Assembly: GCA_951406725.2 (NCBI GenBank)
Contig: OX597824.1
Span: 73,284,001 to 73,348,000, forward strand
DNA: 64,000 bases
Reading direction: 5' to 3'
Source: Octopus vulgaris
Lineage: Eukaryota
Shown: positions 52,191-64,000 of the stretch, piece by piece
How positions within the stretch are numbered: the first letter of the stretch is position 1
Layout: each line of letters begins with the position of its first letter
The notes under the pieces: generated by a model
Database searches by the model: none
The model's input: only the letters and a program-made list of their open reading frames with translations
What the model was told of the DNA's origin: nothing
Program-made: the position numbers and the translations under genes

Positions 52191-53421
52191 ACATCATCAT
52201 CATTTAACATCCATTTTTCATGCTGGCATGGTTTGATAGGAGCTGTCTGTTTTAACATGGTCTTTTACGGCTACATGCCCTTCCTAATGCCAACTGCTTT
52301 ACAGATACATGCATCCGATTACTGAGTGTGGGGCATGGTTGAGAAAGACACCAACTACTCTGCCTGCAACACCAAGGCCGAGCTGACGACCATGATAAAG
52401 GAGGTGTTCAAAGATACATGCTTAGTGGTATTTCGTCTGTCTTTACGTTCTGAGTTCAAATTCCGCCAAGGTTGACTTAGCCTTTCATCCTTTCAACCAG
52501 TTACGCACTGGGGTTGATATAATCAACTTAATCCGTTTGACTGTCCTTGTTTGTCCTCTCTGTGTTTAGCCCCTTGTGGGTAGTAAAGAAATAGGTATTT
52601 CGTCTGTCTTTACATTCTGAGTTCAAATTCCGCCGAGGTCGACTTAGCCTTTCATCCTTTTGGGATCTATTAAATAAGTACTAGTTACACACTGGGGTCG
52701 ATGTAATCGAATTAAACCCTTTGTCTGTCCTTGTTTGTCCCCTCTATGTTTAGCCCCTTGTGGGCAATTTAGCCCCTTGTGGGCAATTTAGCCCCTTGTG
52801 GGCAATAAAGAAATAAGATACATGCATGTCTGTGCATGTTATGCATATATAACATCTATATTATGCATGCATACTATTATTGCTTTGCTCCCTGGTCAGC
52901 TCTGATCTGGCAGACCTGCTTGCACAAGTAAGAGTTAGGAACTTCATTTTCACCACATAAGAGAGGTAATATTTTCAGCTAAACATTCTCAATAATGTCC
53001 TAAATAATGTATCAGAAAAACAAAATATTATTTAAAAAAAAACAAAAAAACAGTTAAAAGTGGGGAAATTATGGTAAACATAAATTATTCCTACTGAAAT
53101 CTCTTTTACATAAATCAAACATTTTGTTTCAACAGCAATTGAAATAAAAGTGTAGGTTAAACATCAAAACCCCAAGAGTGAAGTTAATTGATACATCAAT
53201 AATATTTATTGCTGTCCAATCTTTGTTTGTTTGTTTGTTTGTTTTCCATAATGCAGATATTTCTTTGTAGTGATGGAAATGGAAGTTCAGATATTGTTGG
53301 GGGGTTTTTTTTGTTATTTTTTTTTCTTTTAGTTTTCCCTTCGTTTTTTAAATTAGTATTTTTGTTGTTTTACTTTGGTTCAACAAAACTACGATCAAAG
53401 GTAGTTAGCCATGACAATCTT

Positions 53422-53470
<49 letters not shown>

Positions 53471-54339
53471 ATACGTATATACATACATCTATTTATATGT
53501 ATATATTTGTATATATGTGTGTGTATATTTGTGTATATATTTTTTGTAATTGGCAGAAGTTACAGAGTGACTCAAGGGCCAAGAATTTCATGCATTGGCA
53601 CTTATCAAACTGGTTTCAAATCAACAGGGTTTATTGGTGATAATGGTATTTCCCTGGATTGTTCTAGAACAAATGATAAAAACAATTACGATATCATGTG
53701 GATAACGCATATTTTCCAAATGCCAGGCATGTTACACCATTCAATAAATAAATAAATAAATAAATAATTTGACTGATAATAAATAAAATATATGTATGCA
53801 TGCATACTCACACATAAATGAAAGTACCTGCAAATATGTAGACATACATGTAAATAGAGTGTGTACATGAATATACAAGCATATCTACTCATACATGGAA
53901 TTTCATGCATTCACACACCTGCATAGATATGTATAAATATAAACATACAAAACCAAGAGTAGATGTAAAAAGCATAAAGACCCCCGTCGCTCATGAATGA
54001 CCATGGGATTGCACCTAGAGAGTAGAGTTACCCACAGAAGCACAGGTCCAGGCAAAGTTGTTTATGGAAGACCAACAGTCGTCCATGCATACTAACCTCA
54101 TTTCTACAGCTAAGTGAACTGGAGTAACATGAAATAAAGTGTCTTGCTCAAGAGTATACATACTTAGATGCATATGTTTGTGTGTATGTATATATATTTG
54201 GCTCATGATTGTAAGGTTATGAGTTCAATTTCCCACTGTGCATTGTGTCATTGAGCAAGACATTTTATTTCATGTTGCTCCAGTCCATTCCATGGGAGGT
54301 GGAGGGAATCAATAAATACATACATGCATACAAACATAC

Positions 54340-54773
54340 ATGATGGCCGTCCACTCGTGACCGAGGAAGACCATTGCTGACCTTCAGGAACATTGTGCGC
54401 TCTAGGACTAACTTATATTTCGCACTTGCGGCTCCATTGGTGGCTAATGAACCCTGCTCTTGACAAGCATACACGACTGCAAATATTGCAGACCAAGCTT
54501 TCCCCATTCACTATACGAGCCGTGTGCTTTCGTGCAGCTCACTTAAGTTCTTCATGCTGGATACGTGCTCTCTCAAAAGTGTCGATCCCCTCCTTAACCT
54601 GCTTCCTCCATCTGTGGTGATGACAGGCATTGTTCTCCCAGTCAGTGTCCTGCATATCACAGGCCTTTAATGAGGACTTGACACAGTCCTTAAATCGCAG
54701 CCTTGGTTTCTGCTGGAGTCTCCTTCCATTCACAAGTTCTCCATAGAGCATCTGCTTAGGAATCCTGCTATCC

Positions 54774-54775
<2 letters not shown>
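54340..54775 (-). mobile_element. RTE LINE 3' fragment
   Basis: DSRIPKQMLYGELVNGRRLQQKPRLRFKDCVKSSLK, abutting a (CATA)n tract. Confidence 0.85.
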
Positions 54776-54804
<29 letters not shown>

Positions 54805-55736
54805 CATACATACATACATAGGCATGGCTGTGTGTTAAGAAGCTTGCTTTCCAACCACATGTTTCTGGGTTCAGTCGTATTGCGTGGCACCATAGGCAAG
54901 TGTATTCCACTATAGCCTTGGGCCAACAAAAGCCTTGTGAGTGGATTTGATGGATGTAAACTGAAAAGAAGCCCATCATATATACACACACACATATATA
55001 TATATGTGTGTGGAGGTGCAATGGCCCAGTGGTTAGGGCAGCGGACTCACGGTTGTAGGATCGCGGTTTCGATTCCCAGACTGGGCGTTGTTAGTGTTTA
55101 TTGACTGAAAACACCTAAAGCTCTACGAGGGTCCGGCAGGGGATGGAGGCGATCCCTGCTTTACTCTTTCGTCACAACTTTATCTCATTCTTTCTTCTGT
55201 TGATCTTCTCGCTTAGCCAGCGGGATGCCGTCACTTGAAGGCTAAAACAATGCAAAGCGCATTGTGACCAGCGATGTGTAGTTAATACAAAAAAAGAAGA
55301 AATGTAAAAAGAAGTAGATAAAACCAAATAAAATTAAATTAAGTGAACATGAATAAATGGGATGCTGATAATGCAGGGACCATACACATTCCTACACACA
55401 CACAGGGATATGCTCATGTGCAAATAAAGACACATACAACAGGAATACAAAATGGCAAATCATTAGGAAGGAGTGACACAAAAAAGAAAGAAGAAAGCAA
55501 AGGACCACTGATGAGGTCACAGAAGTGTTACAAAAGAACTCTGGCTGAAATACAGTTAATATGAAATAAGGCTGAAGCAAGTGAACACCAAATATATAGT
55601 GCTTGTGTTTTCATTGGCTAAATTGTCAACATGACCATCCCCAAATACAACAATATATATGTATATATATCATCATCATCATCATTTAGCGTCCGCTTTC
55701 CATGCTAGCATGGGTTGGATGGTTCAACTGGGATCC

Positions 55737-55795
<59 letters not shown>

Positions 55796-58616
55796 TATAT
55801 ATATGTGTGTATGCATACATATATATATCTGTGTATAAGTATGTATTTATAATCTTCATTGTCATTATCATTTAACATCTGTCTTCCATGCTGGCATGGA
55901 TCAGATGGTTTGACAGGTGCTGGCAAGCCCAAGGACTGCACCAAGCTCTGCTGTTTGCTTTAACATGGTTGCTAAGGCTGGGTGCCCTTTCTAATACCAA
56001 CCACTCTACAGAGTGTACAAGGTGCTTTTTACATGGTGTATCCAGGACTACACAAGGCACCAATTTCAGACAGTTTATCTATGACTAAATGATGTACTGT
56101 GCTCTTAGATGTAGCTGTTTAGCCACAGGTCAGCCTTGATTGAACAGCTCTATGATCAATGGTATTCCAACTGACCATCCCATCTCTTATATCTAGAATT
56201 ATGTTATGTAGTGTATCCTGTTTTTAAGACAATTATTTGAGAGAGGGAGTTAGCTACTTTTTTTTGTGAGTCAAGTGATTATTTAGAGGCTGTCATTTCT
56301 GTTAGGAGTTTGCTCAAGAGTGGAGTGGGTGCAGGTGTTCATGACCTTCGCTGGAACTGTGAGACCAATGAATATTGATTAATTTCAGTTGATGATCAAT
56401 ACCGGACACTTCTAAGTCAATATTGGCAGAAAAATATATAAAAAAAAAAAAGGAGGAAAACACCAGTGGGAAGGGAGAGGAATTCTATCTGGTGGGATTT
56501 ACATTCATTGATGGAAGGATTAATTAATTCTTTTGATATTAAACCTCCTATGATCATCCTTGGTTTTATGATATAGATTTCTTTTTCTGAAGTGAGTGAA
56601 ATTAAGACCCTCCATCAAAATTTCCTAATAATTTATGTTCCAAACACAGTTTAATAATGACAAAATTATTTTACCAAATTCTTCGTTGTTTTGAAAATCA
56701 GTTGGTACAAAAGTTGTGTAAAGTTGTTGGCATTAGGAAGGGCATTCAACCATAGAATCCAACCATGCAAAATCAGACTAGAGTCTGGTGCAGCTCTCCA
56801 GCTTCTTAGCTATGGTCAAACTGTCCAACCTATGCCAGCATAGCCAACCACTAATTTGGTCCCCTAAGTAGCAAAAATTATCTACTACCTCTTATAAGCC
56901 ACCAGGGCATTTGAGAGAATCAATTTCTCAAGTGTCTAAAGTTTTTATGGATCCTGTGCATCTTCCACATATAAGCACTACCTTCCCTGATAATCTTATT
57001 AGGAATTGTATTTAAAAAATTGTTAAAATATTTTATGTATTTTACAAGTATAAGCAATTTATTACTCATAAATCTTAACAAAAGAATCTTGTATGAACCC
57101 CTAAGGGCCATAATGACCCCAGTTGAGAAGCACTGGTGTAGCCTTTGCAAACATGGAAGATAAATATTAAGGATGATGATGCCAGTGGCAGCAGCAACTA
57201 TAGTGATAGTGATGATGATGATGGTGGTGGTGGCAGCAGTGATAATATGGTGAGGAAAATAATATGCTGATTTAATATAAAACAATGCAAGCACTTTCTC
57301 AATGAGACTCTTGTGCCTGTTTTAATTACACCAAATTTTCTTAAATGTTTTTTAATTAAATCAGTCACTAAGAGCAATAAAGAAATCTTCACATTTCAGT
57401 CAGTCAGCCTTAAACTTTGTTTTCCTTTTTGGCTTTCTATCGGTTCAATAGATGTCATTCCAAAACTCTGGGGGATATTTTTTTAGCTCTGCAAAGTTTT
57501 CCATTCATTATTGGACAGCGTTTAATACAAAGGGAAGCTCATCAATTTTCATTTTCAATAATAAATTTGTTTTCCTGCAGGTGCAGGAGTGGCTGTGTGG
57601 TAAGTAGCTTGCTAACCAACCACATGGTATCGGGTTCAGTCCCACTGCGTGGCATCTTGGGCAAGTGTCTTCTGCTATAGCCTCGGGCCGACCAGTGCCT
57701 TGTGAGTGGATTTGGTAGACGGAAACTGAAAGAAGCCTGTCGTATATATGTATATATATATATATGTGTATATGTTTGTTTGTCTGTGTTTGTCCCTCTA
57801 GCATTGCTTGACAACCGATGCTGGTGTGTTTACATCCCCGTCACTTAGCGGTTTGGCAAAAGAGATCAATAGAATAAGTACTGGGCTTACAAAGAATAAG
57901 TCCCGAGGTCGATTTGCTCGACTAAAGGCGGTGCTCCAGCATGGCCGCAGTCAAATGACTGAAACAAGTAAAAGAGAGTAAGTCAATAACATCCCTTTGT
58001 ATGTTACAAGGCATTTTTCATGATTTTCTTTTTCTTTCCTTTTTTTATTATAATGTACCAAGTGAATGCCTACCACCCAAGGGACCAGATATTGTGTTAA
58101 AGTGGTTATTGGATTAAATCTACACCCCAATGTGATGACCCTAGATATATATGCACAGGCATGGCTGTGTGGTAAGAAGATTGCTTCCCAACAACTGGTT
58201 CCAGGTTCAGTCCCACTGCATAACACCTTGGGCTAGTGTCTTCTACTACAGCCACAGGCCAACCAAAGCCTTGTGTGTGAATTTGGTAGGCGGAAACTGG
58301 AAGAAGCCTGTTGTATATCATCATCATCGTCGTCGTTTAACGTCCGCTTTCCATGCTAGCATGGGTTTGACTGTGGGCTGGCGCACATATATATATATGT
58401 GTATGTGTGCACATGTATCTGTGCTTGTCCCCCTACCACCGCTTGACAACTGATGCTGGTTTGTTTGTCTCTGTAAGTTAGAGGCGCAGCAAAAGAAGGT
58501 GATAAAATAAGTACTAGGCTTACAAAGAAAAAGTCCTGGGGTCGATTTCTTCAACTAAAACCCTTTAAGATAGTGCTCCAGCATGGCCACAGTCTAAATG
58601 ACTGAAACATGTAAAA

Positions 58617-58659
<43 letters not shown>

Positions 58660-61487
58660 TGCAGGAGTGGCTGTGTGGTAAGTAGCATGCTTACCAACCA
58701 CATCATTCCGGGTTCATCCCCAGTGCGTGGTACCTTTGGCAAATGCCTTCTACTATATCCTCAGGCCGACCAACACCTTGTGAGTAGATTTGGTAGATGA
58801 AAACTGAAAGAAGCCCGTTGTATATATACATATATATATATGTATGTGTGTGTATATGTTTGTGTGTCTTTGTACCCCCCAACATCGCTTGACAACCGAT
58901 GCTGGTGTGTTTACATCCCCGTAACTTAGCAGTTCAGCAAAAGAGACTGATAGAATAAGTACTAGGCTTCCACAGAATAAGTCCTGGGGTCCATTTGCTC
59001 GACTAAAGCCTGTACTCCAGCATGGCCACAGTCACATGACTAAAACAAGTAAAAGAGATATATATATATTGCGATGATGAAACCATCATGGCAGACTCAG
59101 TTAAAGATGACTTGAGGAATAACTACTACTACGGCTATCATCACAACTATATCTGTCACCATTACTACTACCACCACCACCACTACCATTACCTCATCTA
59201 ACACTTCCACTACCACTACTACTGTTACATGTCCTGCTGCTCAGTTGAGTATTTGGATTTTCAGCAGATAAAGCCGAAAAGATACATTGAGCAGAATGAG
59301 ACCCAGTAAAGAATAGTCCTTTAAGACGATGCTACAGCATGGCCACAGTCAAATGACTGAAACAAGTAAAAGAGTAAAAGAATACTCATGGAAAATGTGG
59401 TGGTGATGGTGGTGGTGGCAGTGGTGGTGACAGTGGCGGTTGTTGTTGTTTTGGCTTTTTAAGCTCCTATATCAGTATTCTCTGAGCAGGCATGTGATCA
59501 GAGACATTCCAGATTTGACAGGAATGGCATATTGCACACCTGTTCATACTTATTCAACACATGTTTGATATTAATTGATTCTGAGGCAGCAGCCGTTGTC
59601 AGTCCATGGCAGCTTTTAGCAAGTCAGTTTACAGTTGACACTCTTCTGCTAACAGATCTTGTTAAATTCTTTACAACCACTGGAATTTTTTTGAAAAAAA
59701 TCAGCAGAATATTTTCAAATTTTTTAGCTCTGGTGTACTTTTTCATGCTGTCAACCAGGATCACATTCATTTTCTCTCCTCTTCTCTCTCTCTTTCTTTC
59801 TCCCTCTCCAACTGAGGTAGCCATATATTTCCTCTACTGCAAGACACCTCTTTCCTCATCAGTTATCATCTGGTAATCATTACAATTTCATCCCTTTAAT
59901 GATAATATTGTTCATTTTGGTAGCGTCAACAACAAAAAGCTGCTCAGAATGATGGGTGAATATAGAAGACAGTGACAAAAACAAACATGACACAATGAAA
60001 TGTGATATGAGAGAGATTTAACAGCTATTTCTAGCAAGTCAAGTACTTGCGTAGAGACTCCCTTGTTGGCTAAACAAATATATATTCTTGTTGTTATGTA
60101 GCCCCGGGTGAGCATGATCAAGCAGATCAATGAACAAAGCTATTCCTGCTGATTCTATTCCATATTTAAAGAAGTAAAATTACTGGGTGGTTACAGTTAG
60201 TGTAACTAGGACTATGGTGGAGGCGCAATGGCCCGGTGGTTAGGGCAGTGGACTCGTGGTCGTTGGATCGTAGTTTCGATTCCCAGACCGGGCATTGTGA
60301 GTGTTTATTGAGCGAAAATACCTAAAGCTCCACAAGGCTCCAGCAGGGGGTGGGGGTGGACCCTGCTGTACTCTTTCACTACAACTTTTTCTCACTCTTT
60401 CTTCCTGTTTCTGTTGTATCTGTATTTCAAAGGGCCAGCCTTGTCACACTCTGTGTCACGCTGAATCTCCCCGAGAACTACAAGGGTACATGTCTGTGGA
60501 GTGCCCAGCCACTTGCACGTTAATAAATGAGCTGCAACGTCACTGGTGCCAAGCTGTATCAGCCTTTGCCTTTCCCTTGGATAACATCAGTGGTGTGAAG
60601 AGGGGAGGCTGGTATGTATGGGCAACTGCTAGTCTTCCATAAACAACCTTGCCCAGACTTGTGCCTCGTAGGGTAACTTTCTAGGTGCAATCCCATGGTC
60701 ATTCATGACTGAAGGGGGTCACAACAACACAACAACTAGGACTACATCATCCTGTGTGTTCATCCTTTTTTCTTTTTTAAGAGGTTTCCTCATTGGTTCG
60801 AGAGTATCTGTTTTGGATGGTAACAGGAAAGCCCAGAGTAAAATCAGGTAAAACTCTATTTTATAGGTATGTGGGTAAGAATAAAAGAAAAACAAATGCT
60901 TAAGAAATCCTCAACCAAATTGATATTTTGAATCATCACAACCACTGCCATCATTGTTATTTCTTTATTGCCCACAAGGGGCTAAACATAGAGAGGACAA
61001 AGGGATTAAGTCGATTACATCGACCCCAGTGCGTAACTGGTACTTAATTTATCAACCCCAAAAGGATGAAAGGCAAAGTCGACCTCGGCGGAATTTGAAC
61101 TTAGAACGTAATGGCAAACAAAATACCGCTGAGCATTTCGCCCGGCATACTACCGATTCTACCAGCTTGCCACCTTCCCTGCCATCATTGTTGTCATCAT
61201 CATCATTCTTTGCCATCACCAACATCATTACCATTATCCTCATCATCACTGCTACCACCACCACCATTGGTATCCTCATCATCATTTCTCATTTATATAT
61301 CCAAGCTGACATGGAGTGAATGAGTTTTATACCATATCACCACTCATCATCTTTTAATTTTTTTTAATTTTTTCACCTAACAAGAAAGAATATTTTTATC
61401 AGAAATTATTTTTTTTCTATTGATTTTTTTCTTTCTTTTTTTTTTTTAAAAAAAAATGCTCCTTTGCAGCACATTTGTCTTTAAATC

Positions 61488-61575
61488 ATGGCCAAAACAT
61501 GGGCTGAGTGGGAAACATTGCAGAAAGAAGGAGCAGATGTCAGTTCTTTGCTGAACCTTGATCCCCCAAAGGAAG
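61488..61575 (+). CDS. Probable first coding exon of an unidentified plus-strand gene (MAKTWAEWETLQKEGADVSSLLNLDPPKE)
   Basis: Long T-rich tract and tttgcAG acceptor at 61468-61469. In-frame TAA just before ATCATGG (good Kozak context). Strong donor AAG|GTAAGT at 61576. Non-repetitive, protein-like sequence. Confidence 0.6.
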
Positions 61576-64000
61576 GTAAGTAAACAAAATACAGCATCTG
61601 TATCTCTATTATTATTCTTATCCACATCATCATCATCATCATTGTCAATATTGCTGTCTTCTTCTTCTCCTCCTCCTTCTTCTCCTCCTCCTTCTCCTTC
61701 TTCTCCTTCCCCTTCTTCTTCTTCTTCTTCTTCCTCCAATCAGGACTCATGCAATTATCCACAAAGAATAATCTCTAATTCGAGCCTACTCTAAGCTACT
61801 AAGAATGCGTGTGGCAACTCGAAGATCCACCCACCACACGTGATAGACTGGCAGTTGCACAGGCACGAAAGCTACGTTGTTATCCTTATTCCATAAACGG
61901 TGGCTTTTAACGGGTGGAGAGCTGAACCATCCTGGAGTACAGAGGATTCGCAATCCAGACTAGGGTCTGAAAGTTTACCACACCATTGTGGGTTACACCA
62001 TGGTTCCTCTGCTTTGTGGCAGAAGTAGGAAGAAAGAGTGAGAGAAAGTTGTGGTGAAAGAATCAAGCCCCAAAGAATCCCTCTCCCCAGATGGCTATGA
62101 TGCAACCCCCAGTACACCAGCTTGTGATTGGAGATGCACATATTGTCAGACACTAAGGGACATGCTCAAGTGGTTACGGTCAAGTGACTGGCATGCAGAT
62201 CTGTGGTATTCAGTAGAATATTTGCTATAACAATATTTCTGCTTCAGCAACCTAGTGCTAAATCTGTCTGAAATGTAATGGAAAATACATCAGTTTCAAA
62301 ATATTGATGTCCAGGTCACAAATGCAATGTTTGAAAGGAATGGTGGGCATTTCTTATACACTGCCTTTGTTGCTGTTAATTTTGAAAATAATGAAGAATT
62401 CAGTAAAATAACTTCATCGTTATTGATAAGGTGTTTGGAACATAAATTTATGTAAAATTTTGATTGAACGTTTCACTTTAGATCACTTTAACTTTTTAGC
62501 ATACAGATTACTCCTTCAAATGTAAAGCTTATTTATTCACATTGTCTGGAATTAATCATGTATTATCTCAAGATTAGCTTCAAAATTTTGACGATTTGAT
62601 CACAGGCTTTTTGAATGAAATTGTAGGGTGGGTGTGAGAGACCAGATCTGGCTAGTTTGAACATGACCAGATAGAATATTTTAGCCAGACATAGCCAGTT
62701 TAAATGCTAAAAGGTTTTTACAGAATTTTTGTATCACAGGATCAGGTGTGGTCTCAGACAGGTTAGTACCAAAAGGGTCAAGCACTATTATATCAATCAT
62801 ATTTGGAAACTCTAAGACTGTACGGTCTTCTTTTTAATTACATACATTTTAGTTTATATTACTGCAAACCTTTATAAAGTTAAAACTAAATAAATCAGCG
62901 ACATTTTCCCATAAACCTTCTTTAATATTGATGTATAGTTGTCTTCAGAATAATATCAAAATTCTTTTCCATTTTGAACTTTGCAATCAATTTAATAAAA
63001 TATTCTTTTACTCTTTCATTGGTTAAATCCATTCAATACAGGATGTTTATATAGTTTTAAATTCATTATGAGTTGTAGCAAAATAGTGAATTAAAATCTG
63101 GGCAAAATTGAAGAGTTGTTAAGTACCATTAATGAAATGGTACTTGAAAGTAGAATAAAAGAGGGCTTTTGGATTGTTGACAAATTAAACCACCACGAAT
63201 ACTTCAATGACTGTAAAATTAAATGTTATTATTTTACATGCACATAAGGTGTAGGAGTGGTTGTGTGGTAAGTAGCTTGCTTATCAACCACATGGTTCCG
63301 GGTTCAGTCCCACTGCGTGACACCTTGGGCAAGTGTCTTCTACTATAGCTTCGGGCCGACCAAAGCCTTGTAAGTGGATTTGGTAGACGGAAACTGAAAG
63401 AAGCCCGTCATATGTTTGTGTGTGTGTGTGTGTATGTTTGTGTGTCTGTGTTAGTCTCCCAATATCGCTTGACAACCGATGCTGGTGTGTTTGCGTCCCT
63501 GTAACTTAGCGGTTCGGCAAAAAGAGACCGATAGAATAAGTACTTGGCTTGCAAAGAATAAGTCCTGGGGTAGATTTGCTCAACTAAAGGCGGTACTCCA
63601 GCATAGCCACAGTCAAATAACTGAAACAAGTAAAAGAGTATATACAAACACACACACATGTGTGTGTATATATATATATATATATATTTATATATACATA
63701 CTATATATACAATTTCAAACCAAGTGAAATCATAGTTGTGGCCAGTGTCATGTAACTGGCACCCATACCGGTGGCATGTAAAAACCACCTATCAAGTGTT
63801 GGACCTCACAGAGGCATTGTGGCCAACGCTGATGTTGTTTAAGTACCACTTTTGTTGGTGGCGTGTAAAAAGCACCTTTCAAACATTGGGCTTCATGGAG
63901 GCAATGTGTCTGATACCAGTGTCACGTAACTAACACGTGTTAGTTACGGTGTTGTGAAACTAGCACCTGTGTCAGTGACACGTAAGAAGCAGTTTCAAGT

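Noticed and set aside
53556-53755. Open frame SYRVTQGPRISCIG... after an AG
   Set aside because: Weak acceptor, no recognisable homology, and it lies upstream of the inferred start of the plus-strand gene.
59532-59876. Overlapping 114-aa and 66-aa ORFs in unique sequence
   Set aside because: No recognisable domain or convincing splice sites.
61446-61794. Glu/Lys/Ser-rich ORFs
   Set aside because: Arise from (CTT/CCT/CAT)n trinucleotide repeats in an intron.

Overview
AT-rich, repeat-dense animal genomic DNA. The SINE families and very long (TA)n tracts fit an octopus or other coleoid cephalopod (inference from recall, not a database hit). The main gene is a minus-strand Dispatched homologue (RND / sterol-sensing-domain Hedgehog-release protein). 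I reconstructed it from four coding exons with phase-consistent GT-AG junctions: 33349-33339, 22541-22418, 20545-20068 and 18258-15644, giving 3228 nt and 1075 aa. Its first extracellular loop carries an unusual ~100-aa insert that is ~60% Lys/Arg, at the position of the furin-processed linker of vertebrate DISP1. A probable first coding exon of an unidentified, divergently oriented plus-strand gene lies at 61488-61575. The rest is mobile-element debris: tRNA-derived SINEs, CR1-like and RTE LINE fragments, mariner/Tc1 remnants, MITEs with readable TIRs and target-site duplications (TSDs), a possible LTR, and Penelope-like relics. The most notable non-genic signals are several type I hammerhead-ribozyme-like motifs, some with a greatly enlarged stem II, and long near-perfect palindromes embedded in TA microsatellites. 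All of the hammerhead copies are degenerate. No clearly new multi-gene system is demonstrable from sequence alone.
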